From the human T2T-CHM13v2.0 reference genome, Homo sapiens, in NCBI RefSeq assembly GCF_009914755.1, contig NC_060927.1: a DNA stretch of 64,000 nucleotides; one strand, written 5' to 3'. Positions 14,560 to 28,259 of this stretch are shown here, in pieces; within the stretch, counting starts at the first letter, position 1, and each line of letters starts with the position of its first letter. A model generated the notes under the pieces. The model was not told where the DNA came from, ran no database searches, and saw only the letters and a list, made by a program, of their open reading frames with translations. The position numbers and the translations under genes are program-made.

Positions 14560-15408
14560 CAACAGAACTTGGATACAAGTATCTCAGTGTCCTTTGGCCA
14601 ACATCCAACTTCTAGTATCTAAAGCTGTGCACCTGAGGGATCTTTTTGCTGGAACTGTGGAAGATTCCATTGCTGTATGTGTGTATGCACACACTGAACA
14701 GGTGGAGTGCTGAGGAACTAACACTTCTGTGAGCAATTCTCCACCAATGGTTCTCCAATGATTTGTATATAAATATTCCAGTTTCCTTATACTTCAAGTC
14801 AGATGATTATGGTGCATGGTTTTTATGAATCGTGCTATCAAGCTTGGTGATCAATTTCCAGAGTTTCCAAGCAGGATCTAGCTCAAGTTATGTACCATGT
14901 TAGTTGGTATATTAGCCCATTCTTATGCTGCTAATAAGAACATACCCAAGACTGAGTAATTCATAAAGAAAAAGAGGTTTAATGGACTCACAGTTCCACG
15001 TGGATGGGGAGGCCTCACAGTCATGGCAGAAGGTGAAGGAGGAGCAAAGGTACATCTTACATGGTAGCAGGCAAGGAAGAGTGCAGAGCGAAGGGCAGGG
15101 GAAACACCTTATAAAACCATCCGATCCCTAATTCACTATCATGAGAACAGGATGGGGAAAACCACCCCCATAATTCAATTATCTCCACCTGGTCCCTTCC
15201 ACAACACGTGAGGATTATGGGAACTACAATTCAAGATGAGATTTGGGGGAGGGACATAGCCAAAGCACATCAGTTGGCTTAGTAGCTCACCTTTTGTTGG
15301 CTGTCTTCCTTCCTTTTTATCACATCTCTACCTGTGTTATCTGAATTTACCAAACATACCATTTACATTTAAATCGTGGTTTCAATTTCCGTAAAGCCTA
15401 AATAAGAG
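14560..15408 (+). mobile_element. Old ERVL LTR (LTR16-like), split by a THE1 LTR
   Basis: tgcacctgaggg...gagtgctgaggaactaacac...ccaccaatg...ataaatattccag...ccagagtttccaagcaggat; resumes after 15277 and ends near ...cctaaataagaga. Confidence 0.6.
14908..15272 (-). mobile_element. THE1 solo LTR (THE1C-like)
   Basis: 365 bp with THE1 motifs. 5-bp TSD GTTGG at 14903-14907 and 15273-15277. Confidence 0.92.
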
Positions 15409-15879
15409 AGCCTGTACGCTGTGAAAGCCACATGAGTGAGGAGTGATATTATTATTAATTTTTAAAATTAATAATATTTGGATGAATTTAATATTTATCA
15501 ACTTAAGAATACCTTTGATAAAGAAGAAACTTAAAAGGTTTTTCTTTGGTTTGGGGTTTTTCGTTAAATATAAGGAAGAGGTATGTGAAGAGATCTAGTG
15601 ATAGGCAGGGTAGAAAGCAGATCAAGGGAAGAGTCTAGCTGAGCCCAAAGATTTGGCCCAGAGACTTCTAGTTCCAAAAGGGCAGCATAGTTGCAAGCTG
15701 GCTTCATCTATGAAGCCAGAAAACCAAAAATAAATATGCTGCACCAAGATTATCTCCAGCAATATTTCAGAACTCAAACATGAGAATAAGTTAGTTCCTG
15801 AGGACACACATAAATGAAAGAACCACAAGCAGATGGACACTTGTCCATACCTCCACACACAGGAAGCATCATGAGTGCC

Positions 15880-16207
15880 TGTATTAGTCTGTTTTCACAC
15901 TGCTTTAAAGATACTACCTGAGACTGAGTAATTTATGAAGAAAAGAGGTTTAATTGACTCACAGTTCTGCATAGCTGGGGAGGCCTCAGGAAGCTTATAA
16001 TCGTGGAGGAAGGTGAAGGGGAAGCAAGGTAGTAGGAGAGAGAGTGAGGTGGGAATTGCCAAACACTTAATCTGTCACTATCATGAGAACAGCGTCAGGG
16101 AAACTGTCCCCATGATCCAGTCACCTCTCACCAGGTCCCTCCCTCAACATGTGGGGATTACAATTCGAGATGAGATTTTGGTGGGGACAAAGAGCCAAAC
16201 CATATCA
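15880..16207 (-). mobile_element. THE1 solo LTR (THE1D-like)
   Basis: tgtattagtctgttttcacactgc...ggtggggacaaagagccaaaccatatca. Confidence 0.88.
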
Positions 16208-16260
16208 GTTTCTGAAGGGAGAAATGCCCCTAAGGAAAGACAGAGATAAAGGATTGGATT

Positions 16261-19200
16261 TTAGCTAAAGTAAGAAAAAAGGAGAGAAGATTCAAATAAA
16301 TAAAATCAGAAACAAAAAAAGTATATAACAGCTAAGACCACAAAAATACAAAGAATTATTAGAAACTATTATGAACAACTATATATCAACAAATGGAAAT
16401 ACTTAGAGGAAATGGATAAATTCTTGGACACATACAACCTACCAAGATTTAACCATAAAGAAATAGAAAACCTGAACAAACCAATAACAAGTAATGAGAT
16501 TGAAGCAGTAATAAAAAGTCTCACATCCAAGAAAAGCCCAGGACCTGATGGCTTTCCTACTGAATTCCACCAAAAATTTAAATAACTAATACCAATACCA
16601 TTCAAGCTCTTCAAAAAAATTGAAGGGGAGGGAATACTTCCAAAATCATTCTATGAAGCCAGATTACCCTGATACCAAAACCAGACAAGGACACACACAC
16701 ACACACAAAGGAAACTACATGCCAATATCACTGATGAACACAGGTGCAAACATCCTCAACAAAACACTAGTAAACCAAATTTAACAACATATTAAAAAGA
16801 TATTCACCATGATCCAGTGAGATTCTTCTCAGGGATGCAAGAATGGTTCAGGATATGCAAATCACTAAACATGATAAATCACAAGAACAGAAATCATATG
16901 ATCATTTCAACAGATGCTGAAAAAGCATTCAATAAAATTCAGCATCCCTTTATGAGAAAAACCCTCAATCAACTAAGTATAGAGAGAACATACTCAAATC
17001 AATAAAAGTCATATATAACAAACCCACAGTCAACCTTATACCCAATAGGAAAAAAATGAAAGTGTTTCCTCAATTATCTGGAACAAGGCAAGAATTCCCA
17101 CTTTTACTACTTTTATTCAACATAGTACTGGAAGTCCTGGCTAGAGCAATTAGTCAAGAGGAAGCAATAAGGCATCCAAATTGTAAAGGAAGAAGTCAAA
17201 TTAGCTTTGTATGCAAACAATATTGTAGTGTGAAAAAGCTAGACTCCACTAAAATACTCTTAGAACTGATACATTAATTTAAAATTACAGGATACAAAAT
17301 CAACATACAGACATCAGTAGCATGTATATATACCACCAGCAAACAATGTGAAAAAAAAGCAAGAAAGCCGTCTCATGTACAACGGCTACAAAGAATATAA
17401 AATGTATAGGAATCAATTTAACCAAAAAGTAAAAGATCTATACAAGGAAAACTATAAAACACTAATGAAAGAAATTGAAGAGATCACACAAAAAAAATGA
17501 AAGAATGTTCCAGGCTTGTGGATTGGAAGAATTAATATTGTTAAAATGACAATAGTACCCAAAGCAATTACAGATTCAGTGCAATCCCTATCAAAACGCC
17601 AGTGACACTATTCCCAGAAAGAGAAAAAGTAATGCTAAAATTTATATAGGCCCACAAAAGACCCTAGAGTGCCAAAGCAATCCTAAGCAAAAAAAACAAA
17701 GCTGGAGGCATCACACTACACCTAACTTCAAAATATACTAAAATGCTATAGTCACCAAATCAGCATGGTACTGGAATAAAAATAGACACATAGACAAGTG
17801 GAATAGAATATAAATGCATGAATTTAAAGCCAACTCATTTTCAACAAAGGCACCAAGAACATACAATGGGGAAAGTACATTCTTTTCAATAAATGATGTT
17901 AAGAAAACTAGATAACCAAATGAGAAAAAATGAAACTGTATCACTATCTCTCACCAAATACAAAAATCACATCAAAATGGATGAAAGAATTAAATCTAAG
18001 ACCTCAAACTGTGAAAGTACTAGAAAAAAACTTTGGGGGAGTGTTCCAGGACATTGGTCTGATCAAAGATTATTTTGTGTAAGACCTCAAAAACACACAC
18101 AACAAAAACAAAAATAAACAAATGAAATTACATTCAGCTAAAAATCTGCACAGCAAAGGAAACAATCAACAAACTGAAGAGACAACCCACAGAATGTGAG
18201 TCTTTAGAAATTAGCCATCTAACAAGGGATTAATAACCAGAATATATAAGGAGCTCAAACAACTAAATAACAAAAAAGTAAGTAATCCAATTTAAAAATG
18301 AGCAAAAGATGTGAATAAACATTTCTCAAAATAAGGTATATAAATGGCCACATATGAAGAAATGCTCAGCATCATTAAGCGTAAGAGGAATGCAAGTCAA
18401 AATCACAATGAGGTATCTTCTCGCTTAGTTATAATGCCTTTTTATCAAAAAGGCAGAGGATAACAGATGCTGGTGAGGACATGGAGAAAGGGGAATTAAT
18501 ATCACACACTGTTGGTGGCAATGTAAAATGGTACAGCTATTATGGAAAACAGTATAGATGTTCCTCAAAAAAATTAAAACTAAACAAAAAAATCTAAAAA
18601 TAGTGCTATAATACAATGCAGAAATTTCACTACTGAGTATATATCCAAGAGAAAGGAAATCACTGTATCAAAGAGGTATCTGCACTCCCATGTTTAGCAC
18701 TATTCACAATAGTCAAAATATGGAATCAACCTAAGTATCCATTAATGGGTGAGTGGATAAAGAAAATCTGGTGTATGTACACACAATGGAATATTATTCA
18801 GGTATAAAAAATGAAATTCTGTTATTTGCAGCAATGTGGATGGAACTGGAGATCACTAGTTAAGTGAAATAATCTAAGCACATTCCCACTTATACGTGGG
18901 AACTAAAAAAGTGGGTCTCTAGAAGACAAGGAGTAGGTTGGTGGTTACCATAGTCTGAGAAAGGCAAAGGGAAGATGAAGAGAGGTTGATTAATAGGTAT
19001 AAATATGCACTGAGAAAAAATAAGACCTGGCGTTGGATAGATTAGTAGGATAACTGTAGTTAGTATTATTTAATTATATATTTGAAAACAACTAGAAAAG
19101 AATAATTTGAATGTTCCTGGCATAAATAAAAGATAAATATTTAAGGTAAAAGATTTTTCAGTTTCCTTGTTTTGACTGTATGAATGTATCAAATTATCAC

Positions 19201-19262
19201 ATGTACTGTGGAAATATGTACAGGTATGGTGTATAAATAAAACATAAATAAATATTTTTTAA
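16261..19262 (+). mobile_element. 5'-truncated L1 (L1MA4/5-like): ORF2 RT region to 3' UTR
   Basis: ORF2 remnants ([20 protein letters not shown]; [13 protein letters not shown]) and an L1MA-type 3' UTR ending in an A-rich tail. Confidence 0.88.
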
Positions 19263-19619
19263 CAAAGGATTTGGCCTAAGGACAGATCACCAGACTACAG
19301 CTCAGAAAAACATCTTTCAAACCCAGTAATGATCTCTGATTCATTAATACAACTGGGACAAAGAAAGGAAAGGTAGCAAATTGTATTTCAGGCACATTCC
19401 TATGTGTGAACACACCCATAGCATAAAACCTTAACTCTGAAAGAGACCTTATCAACTCATACCAAATTACCTTTGTAATCTGTTTTTCTGACATTTCTGA
19501 CAGATTGATTTTCAAAATGGTTTCAGAAGAACAATTTGAGAAGGAAAATAATGATACTGTTAGATTATTACCCATAAAATAAAACAGGAAGCCATGAATT
19601 ACTATTGATTACATAGTTT

Positions 19620-20375
19620 AAATAAAAATAAATAGTAGGTTACAGACGGGTCTTCCTTAAAGTAGAATTCCAACTAATAAATCTAGAAGGAATGAAAGAA
19701 ATGGAATAATTGTTTCAGCCAAGAGTTAACTATGGATGTTAGGCAAAGGCCTTATGAAAAAAAAGATATTTATACGGTTTTTAAGTAGCTCCCTATATGT
19801 TACTTATTAATCATAAACCAAAATGTAGTAACTTTTAAAGTGGAGAAACTTTTAGGCATCACCTTAACTTCACCAAAAATGAAACATACAGATATCCCGA
19901 GCCTGGGACAAGCAGGATGTGCTGAGAAGGCACAGCATTGCTTCTGTGGTACTCTTACAAAAATGCACAATCATAAGAAAACATCAAACTAAGTCAAACT
20001 AAGAAACATTTTTACATATTACCTCTCCAGTAGTCTTTAAAAGTGTCAAGGTTGTGAAAGACAAATGGTCAACAGAGGAACCCTTCCAGATTGAACGAAA
20101 GTAAGAAGCCATGACAACAAAATGCATCCTCTGACCCTGCATTAGATCCTGGGTCACTACAAGGACATTTATTGGTCAGTTGGAGAAACTGGTCTGTAGA
20201 TTTAAGTATTATTATTGTATCAAGGTTAATCCCTGATTTTTCAATGAACTGTAGTTATATAAGATGTTAACACATGGAGAATCTGGATAAAGGGTATAAG
20301 GAATTCTTTGTACTATTTTTGCAACTCTTTTAATGTCTAAAATTGTATCAAAAATACAATTTAAAAAATAATTTA
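19620..20375 (+). mobile_element. Old L1 3' end (L1MC-like)
   Basis: Ends gaattctttgtactatttttgcaactctt...aaaatacaatttaaaaaa. Confidence 0.65.
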
Positions 20376-21455
20376 AGAAAACTTCTAAAATAGACTCCTC
20401 AGGAAGATCCATACGTTCCTAAAAAATAATTCCACCTCAAATTTCAAAACAAGGCACCAAAATTTAGAAATCACATCATATTTAAGAGAAATTGTCTCCT
20501 TAAAATATTGTTACATTGTTATTAGCTTCTTTAAAGCATACAATATTTTGTAGAAAATCATGTTTGACAAGGACTTATAAAACCAGTTTCTCTCTAACTC
20601 TACCACCTGAGTACATTTCATCGTATGTCTCTGAATTTCCATTTTCTTCTCTGAAAAAAGATAAAGATAAAAATCATCTGTACCCTGAGATCTCACAAGT
20701 TAACATGAACAAAGACAATCAAAACAGTTGTAATGAAAATCCTGTAAAACAGCTCTTTCTATCTTCTGTTTACTCAGGTTCAATATCCCATTCTGAATGA
20801 GTAAAAGACAAGGTCTAGTATTTTTCTTTAAAGATGAATTATTTTGAAATATGATTACATGCTCAATATGTTTCTTTCTATTGAGGCTGAATTTTTTTAA
20901 CCTCAAAACTCTCTTTTCTCAAGAGGTTGCCTTTTAATTATGTCCCCTCTTGATCTAAGGTCTTTCTTATTTGTTTAAATGTTATTGTTTGGACCTGTAT
21001 TGATTGCTCCTGTTCAATTGCAGGGTTAGCATTTGCTTAGATCTAGAATGAATTTTTCTTCCTGTTGCCTTGAGGACATTCGTTGGAAACATCATGTTGT
21101 GCATGATGGAGGTTCTCCTGATGAAAAGGTTCACAACAAAAAACAAATTAATTTTTTGTAGCAATCAGTGGTGTGATCCAACACATTTTCCTATTCCCTT
21201 TACTTTTCTATTCTTTTGGTCTTCCACCTTCCTGATTCCTTTCATGTAGAAAGTGGACTGTAGTTTATTTTAAAAGAAATACTATGACTGTCTCCTTGAC
21301 TTAATTAAAACAAGGACTTTAGCTCATCTAGAATCCTAATCTGGTAAACAGAAAACATAAAGAATCAAGGGAGACCTATCTTTCCTGAAGTAAAAGAGAA
21401 ATGGATCCTCCTAGCTGTAAGACAGATTTGTATTCTAGTCAACTCCTTTACTCTT

Positions 21456-21460
<5 letters not shown>

Positions 21461-21490
<30 letters not shown>
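21461..21490. repeat. (CA)15 microsatellite
   Basis: Seen directly. Confidence 0.95.
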
Positions 21491-21493
<3 letters not shown>

Positions 21494-22839
21494 ATACATG
21501 CATGTTTGAGATTTGTTTAATTGTGTTGTGATTTTCACAATAAAGGTTATATTATGAATCCACATGGAATAACTAAATTATTTGTGGGTTTATCCTACAC
21601 TAACTTTTTGGGTGTTATTAATCTTGTTTAGCACCTTCCTTTATAGTGCATAGAGATTGTAGAAATGAAATATAGCATTATTATGACATTGTTCTGAATT
21701 TGATACAAGGGCAGCCAAGCTAAACTGACATGGCCAATTTACCCAGCTTAGTTTGTCAGAATGGGTTTGCATGTTGAAAATGGTATACTCAACTCAGAAA
21801 GACATATTTCCCCCCAAAATACATATTTGGAATCCCCATGCATTACTAAATATGTGCCAAGTGATATTCTCCCTAAATTGCTATAAGAAAATCAAATGAC
21901 CCATGGTTCTGACGAATTTTGGGTGGAAGGAACTATACATTGAAAGCATAAAGTCTATCCTCTTATTATAACAAGGGAAAGAGGTTTCTATGTTCAGTGT
22001 TCTCTGGAAGTTCTTGAATTGCAGTACTCAAAAGGACACATCATTATTTCATATACATTAACCAATGACTACAAAACCTTAGGATATTTTATATTTTAAA
22101 TTAATATGCATTAGGATGACACAGTAAGGGGTAACACTTGTTGCTTGGAAATACAGCTTATGATTTTAAAGTTTCCCATTTTTTCCCCAAAGAACTAATA
22201 TCATCCTGAAAACACAGTAAATACCTCTTTCAAATACATATTTCTAGAAAAAGCTCATATGTCTTGATAGAACCTGTCAAGGGAAATAAGATAAATGGAG
22301 AAGAGGAATTACAAGGAAAAAAATGAACATGGGGAGTCTGAAAATCTGTTCAGTTTAGACATCAGCAGCTTCTTATTTACTTTGGGCCAAGAAATTGTCT
22401 TACATTTTATTTGAATGAGAAACTAGAATAATTCTTTCTTTACTTATAAATATTCTGAGAGTGTAGGTCATTTGTGTAATGATCTTCACTAAGATCCTCT
22501 CAATGTTTCTTTCTGCTTGATTTTCACATATGTGTGCTAACATTATCACAGGAAATTCTACTAAATTAAAATATTGTTACAGCTAAATGTTACAGGTGTT
22601 ACATTATAATTCATGATAAAAGGTTATTCATTAGTTCAAGGTTCTGTTAGCACAATCTTTCTGCCTTCTTGACTAGGAAGTAACAGTGTTTTTTGGCTCT
22701 ATAATAGTGACCTAATTGTTCATTTTCCTAATGCTTGCCCTGAAAAAAAATGTAAAGAACGTAGTGACAATATTTTCTGCCTCCTAGTTAAATAAAAAGA
22801 GGAAGGAATAACAGTGTAATTGAAAAACTTACAATTGCA

Positions 22840-23000
22840 GAATTAGAAAAACTGGGTTTCAGATCTATCTTCTGTTCCTATACATCATTCAGAAAGTGAT
22901 TTCTTATTTCTGAACCTGCTTTCTTTAACTGTAAGATGGGGATAATAACAATTGAAACTATCTCCTAAGGAAGTTGTGAGACTCAAATGTGATTGTGTAT
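22840..23000. mobile_element. MIR fragment
   Basis: cttatttctgaacctgctttctttaactgtaagatggggataataaca...gttgtgagactcaaatg. Confidence 0.6.
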
Positions 23001-23240
23001 GTGATCATACATGTGTACATTTCAAAGTGTAGGGTATTATTAACATTATATTTCTGCAATGATTTAAACATTGGCTTGTGAGAATATATCCCCCATCCCC
23101 CCAAAAGCACTAACAACTGTGGGGCTTTATAGGGTTGTTTGGATGTGCTCATGCAACTTACGATGCAAACATTAATCTTTAAATGATCACTAATTATATT
23201 AGTATTGAAAGTCATTTCGAAAGAAGGAAAATACTATTAC

Positions 23241-23651
23241 TGTTGCATGGTGAGTAAGAATATGTAAACCTATCCTCAAAGGCCAAGGGATCTGAGATAA
23301 TTAGTTTCTCAGAGAGAAATTATTGAATAGGGACTTATGTACAGAAGCAATGTCTTGGGTGGTTGTGAAACAGCAGATCTTTACACCTACCCTCTAGAAA
23401 GTATCTTTTATATAGCAAGCCTTTATGGTAAAGACATGTGAAGCTGGTTACTTATAGGACTTTCTTACTGAAAACTTGTGACCACTGGCGATGTTAGATA
23501 AGCATCTTTATGAGGAGTTATCTATGCTACACGCATTGCTGAAAGACCTTGTGCAGAACACCTTGGTATGCTTGAGTCAGATATCAGTCATTATGGTGGC
23601 TTTGCTTCAAGATGGCATCACTGTGTCCATGCAACAGTCTGTTTTCCTCCA
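23241..23651 (-). mobile_element. 3' LTR of an ERV-L-class provirus (LTR47-like)
   Basis: On the minus strand it runs TG...CA, is immediately preceded by a polypurine tract (gaggagtggag, 23652-23662), and contains a TATA box (gctatataaaag, ~23405-23416). Confidence 0.8.
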
Positions 23652-23739
23652 CTCCACTCCTCAAAACTGATCCTTGCAATCCCACATGCCCACCTCTTCT
23701 GGGATAGTCCCTGGGCCTAGAGGGAGGTTTCTTCATACT

Positions 23740-24990
23740 TCATGGCTTCAGCAGTAGTGCATTGTCTCCATTGGAGACAGATGCCACAGCAACAGTAAAG
23801 GCAAAGACAAGACAGTAAGCAACATATCAATATAACACCTAAACGAAGAAACGGCTTCTGCCACTAGGTATCCCAGGAAGCAAACCAAACCAGCTACGAA
23901 ACCAATCAAAGTGGAGGTTCAGTCTGAGAGATCAGTTATTTGGGTATTCATGTCAGTCATTCATTTAGTGATATATGACTCATCAGGAATATAAGCACAG
24001 CATTCAGTTTTTATGATTGCCCAAGTCCCTCCTTGTGAGGTAGTATGCCTAAAACCATGCCATTTTGCAGGACGGCCTTTCTCATAAGAGGGACTTCCAT
24101 GTTTAAAAGAGAGATTCCCATGTGGCTATTGTTCAAAGCTTTCTTTGTATAATTGTGTTACAGCTTCCACATGCCAAATAACATCTTTAATGTCCAGTTG
24201 AGGAAGAAAAATATAGGTCAAATGATCAGACCAAAAATAAATGGGGCCCAGTGGTATTTCAAATAAGGCAGATTTGCAGGCTTTGTAAGGGTGTGAACTA
24301 CTTGATCTCATGCCCATGTGTAACCAAAAGGACATCTTTTTAATCATCTGGGGTGTAACCAAGGCCATAAATTGGTGCCATACATCCAGGAAGTTCCATT
24401 TTGAGATAACCAATAAATTCCTGGGTGCAGTGCCCATTCTATACCATGGCAGTCATTACTTCGTAATATTTTAGTATGTGAACATTTGTCTCTTGGTATC
24501 CGTACCATATTCCTCATGCTATTTGGTAAAGCATTTTTAGAATGATTCTTTTGTTCCTAGAATAGCCAGGCAAATTTACTAGAGTATTGCAAGTGGAGAG
24601 TGAGTGAGCTGGTTTTATTGATAGAGAAACTCTTCCTGTGTCCTCTTTCAGAAAGAGTAGTATTAATGGGCCATTGGGTTATTTTATCTCTCATCATCCT
24701 TGTATTCAATACCTCCATGCAATTTGGGGAAGCAGTAACATATTTGTGATATTCTATCTAATCTCATCCTTGGAAGGGAGATAACCACCACAGCAGGCCA
24801 GAAACGTTGGTGAGTGGCATAAGGCCACACATGCAACAAGTGTTTTCTGTAAGCCGATAGAATAGTCTTGGGTCCATTGTAGGAAAAGATTGGCTTCAAA
24901 GGTGACAGCTGGTGATATCAGCAACAAAACATAATAACTTAAGTTTAAAAGAGAAACGGGGTTCTTGCAAGGGAAATTCTCCAGTTGATT
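23740..24990 (-). pseudogene. env: Decayed retroviral envelope gene (gamma-type SU/TM motifs)
   Basis: Manual translation across frameshifts gives a signal-peptide-like YYVLLLISPAVT, then NLFLQWTQDY, a CxxC remnant TCCMCGLMP (~24830), and TM IWHVEAVT/NYTKKALNNSHMGISLLNMEVPLMRKAVLQNGMVLGIL/SQGGTWAIIKTECCAYIPD, followed by a hydrophobic Cys-rich anchor LICCLLSCLCLYCCCGICLQW. Confidence 0.88.
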
Positions 24991-24999
24991 CATCAGATG

Positions 25000-27960
25000 A
25001 CACCAGTTGATTCATCTACAGCAGTTAGTAAAAAAGCAGTTCTTGACTTTTGTAAGAGGGTTGTATACCAAATATGTTGCCCAGGGCATCATGGGACAGC
25101 AGTGGTTGTCAAAGTAATTTGGTTGGGAGTACACCATATTAGAGATGCCACCACCATGCCATGTATTTCTCCTGACCATTTATAGTGGGTGATTGTGGGT
25201 CCAGTATTAATAGAATCAACAAGTACCATTCTAACTCTTTAGGATATTCCCCAGTCTCCAGCAGGAAATAGCCTATCCAGCCTGAAGATATTTGCCATCC
25301 CAAGTCCCAGTGGAGTCTTCCCTTTCCTGGTAGTATGTCCATTGGTGTTTTCATGTGAAAAACACGCTGATTGTCAATCAGGTCTGGGAGCAAAGTAGTT
25401 GTCTCAGTTACCTATGTGCAAACATAGGTTCAGGGACAGTTGTTTCAACCTGTCATTTGGGGGATGTGTCCCCACTTTGGCTGAATTTAAAGAAATAATG
25501 GCTGCAGGTAACACATTCATCCACCTGTGCAATGTAGGTTCCCCCAGTAAAGTTTGAATTTGTGTTTTCAGCAGACCATGATTTTTTCCTTTCAGTTAAT
25601 CCCACTGCTTGGCGGTTGTATAGGAGAGGAAAATGCCATGCTGTATTGTGTTCCCTGGCCCAGTCCTGCACATCGTGTCTAGGAAAATTGACTCTTTGGT
25701 CACTGTCAATGTGCTGAGGATATCTATACATAGTACTTGGAGCCTCTGAACCCTTAGTAGTACTGGCTTGATTAGCTTACTTACAAGGAAACCTTGCAGC
25801 AGTCCAATAGCAGTGTCCATGCAGGTTAACACATATTTCTTTTCTTGGCTTACAAGGAGATGTTCTATATAATCCACTTGCCAATCTGTTACAATGTAAA
25901 AAACCTATGAATGTGTCCTGCTCGATATGGTATATGTCATGAACACAAACAAGATATAATAAACAGTAACAGCTGTTAAGAGGTCCGTATAATTTAAGGG
26001 CAATTCTGCACCCTTGGCTATCTCCCAGCCTACTCTTGCACTTCTAAGACCACTTTTGTTAGGTACCCAGGTTGCTAGTTCAGTGGCCTGGACTGGCACA
26101 ATGCTCCTAATTTTTTAAGGGTATCAGCTTTCTATATTTTCTGGAACTGAATCTTTGTGTGTGACCACATGATATACAGTTAAATCAGCTGCAGGGTGTT
26201 GCTCCTTCTTCCATATGTCTTGCCACATGTTCATGCCTGATATGGGTTTGTGCATAATCATCCACTTTTCTAATTCCCATTGGGCTAGCCACTTCCACAT
26301 GAGCGATCAGTGCAAAGGGCTAGGGGCCAGGGCTCACATCTGATTACCAACCTAGAAGCTCACAACTCAGCCCACTGACAACTCTAATGTGTACCTGTAT
26401 CAAACCATATTGTATCAGTTTGTGATTGTAAAGCAACAGTGGTTCAAGTATAGGAAGTTCCCCTGCTAGAACCATCTGTGTTGTCCAGCGTGAGTAACAC
26501 TCTTTCTCCTACTGTGTCAGGCTCTGGAATAGAAGGGGGTAAAGGAGTGTCCTTTGGTTACTCATATATAACAGGGCCTAATATAGCAAGCAATTCTAGG
26601 CTTAATGGACTAATTGCCAGATATTTTGTTGTTGCAAATAGACATGTTATTTATTCAAAGAAAATGTCTGGACTATAGCAGAAGGGAGTCATTTAAACAA
26701 TCCTTGTATCCATCCCTTGATTGGTAGATCCATTCTCACAGTTACAAGAAGAGTCTTTGTTAACAGTCTTACTTACTGTAAAATATTATATACAGCTAGT
26801 ACTTATTCAATGAGAGAGTGTCTGGTTTCAGCTCTTTTCTATAATTGTGATCAAAATCCTTAAAGGAGTAATTTACCATACTTTGGTTGTCACAAGGTCC
26901 AACTCATATCTTGAGGAGTAGCAGTAACATCCAACGCTATATCCTCTAAAAGTGTTCTTGAGGTTTCTGCCTGTCATGTTAGCACTTTATCCTGTTCAAA
27001 GCTTCCTGCTGTAATGTGTCCAGGCCCAATATGCCCCATTTATAAGTCTATATAGTGGTCTCAAACATTGGGCTAAGTGGGGATAAATGCTCTCCAATAA
27101 TCCAAAAGACACAAAGATATTTGGATTTCCATTACCATTTTCAGAGTTAAAAATTGTCGGACTTTGTCAGTTTGGTACTGTACCTGGTACCAAATGAGTC
27201 TTATCTGGCTATGTAACCCCCAACATTCTCACTGAGACCCTGAGCTCTGGATCTTGAGGGTTGATAACCCATTCCCATTCCACAGATGAGCACACAGTGC
27301 TGTAAGACTTTCTTATAACTCAAAGTCTAAGGTAATGTCATCAATATAATAAATGCAAGAAAGACAAGATGGGTTCAAGCAATTTTCCTGCCTCAGCCTC
27401 CTGAGTAGCTGGGATTACAGGCACGAGCCACCATGCCCAGCAAATTTTTGTAGTTTTAGTGGAGATAGGTTTTCACCATGTTGGACAGGCTGCCCTCGTT
27501 GGACAGGCTGGTCTCACATTCCTGACCTTAGGTGATCCACCCACCTCAGCCTCCCAAAGTGCTGGGATTAGAGGTGTGAACCACCACAGCCAGCCAGGCA
27601 TCAGCAAAATCTAAGGCAGCATGCCATCTGCAGCGCTGACACTATGTGGTTGACTACCTGAGTAAAACTGGAAACTGCAGAACGCATGGACAGGGTTACC
27701 TTATTCAATTTCCAGTAATCCATGGTCATCTTTCAGGTATCACCTAGTTTGTATACAGGCTAGACAGGACTGTTAAACTGGCTTTGAGCTGGGCAGATAA
27801 TATGCACCTCTGCCAGTTCCTCAGTAGTTACACTTATTTCAGCATACTCCTCAGTCAATTTGTATTGTTTAATGTTGACAGCCCACCTAGGGGCAGGGAG
27901 TTAAATGCATTCCCATTTTGCCTTTCCCCTGACAACAGGCTTTACTATAGGTATTTCAAT
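25000..27960 (-). pseudogene. pol: Decayed ERV-L-type pol (RT, RNase H, integrase)
   Basis: RT motifs QFNSPV*PV..KMTMDYWKLN (~27700-27780), [10 protein letters not shown] (~27600-27627) and YIDD (~27338-27349). RNase H TDGSS...QWAEL (~26360-26480). Integrase DYIEHLLVSQEKKYVLTCMDTAIG and HIDSDQRVNF. Confidence 0.9.
27371..27595 (-). mobile_element. 3'-truncated Alu (AluS-like) inside the ERV RT; no poly(A), no TSD
   Basis: On the minus strand it starts ggctggctgtggtggttcacacctctaatcccagc and ends at gcttgaaccc. Confidence 0.9.
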
Positions 27961-27965
27961 CTGCA

Positions 27966-28253
27966 TTATCCCACTGAAGTTTGAAAAGTCTTTCTTAGCA
28001 GAATATCCATGCCTAAAATGTTTTCTAGGATAGGGGAAATAAACACCAAATATAAGGCTGGGGGAGATCCTCTAATACCTAGATGTATTAAAGGGCTGTT
28101 TACTTGGATTGTTTGTCCCCCATAACCATTAATGGCAGCCCATTGACCAGGGTGTCTTCCTGAATTTTCATGGGTTAAAGTACATTCCACCTCAGAATCT
28201 ACTGTGGCAAGTCTTCTCCTAATTTGAGGGGAACTAGTAAATGGTGAACTCAA
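27966..28253 (-). pseudogene. pro: Decayed retroviral aspartic protease
   Basis: LATVDSEVECTL (degenerate D-T/S-G motif), flap INGYGGQTI and C-terminal ILGMDIL. Confidence 0.85.
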
Positions 28254-28259
28254 TATAGG

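Noticed and set aside
15620-15879. Possible old L1M 5' UTR fragment
   Set aside because: The resemblance is from memory only and too weak to list as a feature.
23740-24990. Functional syncytin-like env
   Set aside because: It has several frameshifts and stops, and the first Cys of CX6CC reads Trp.
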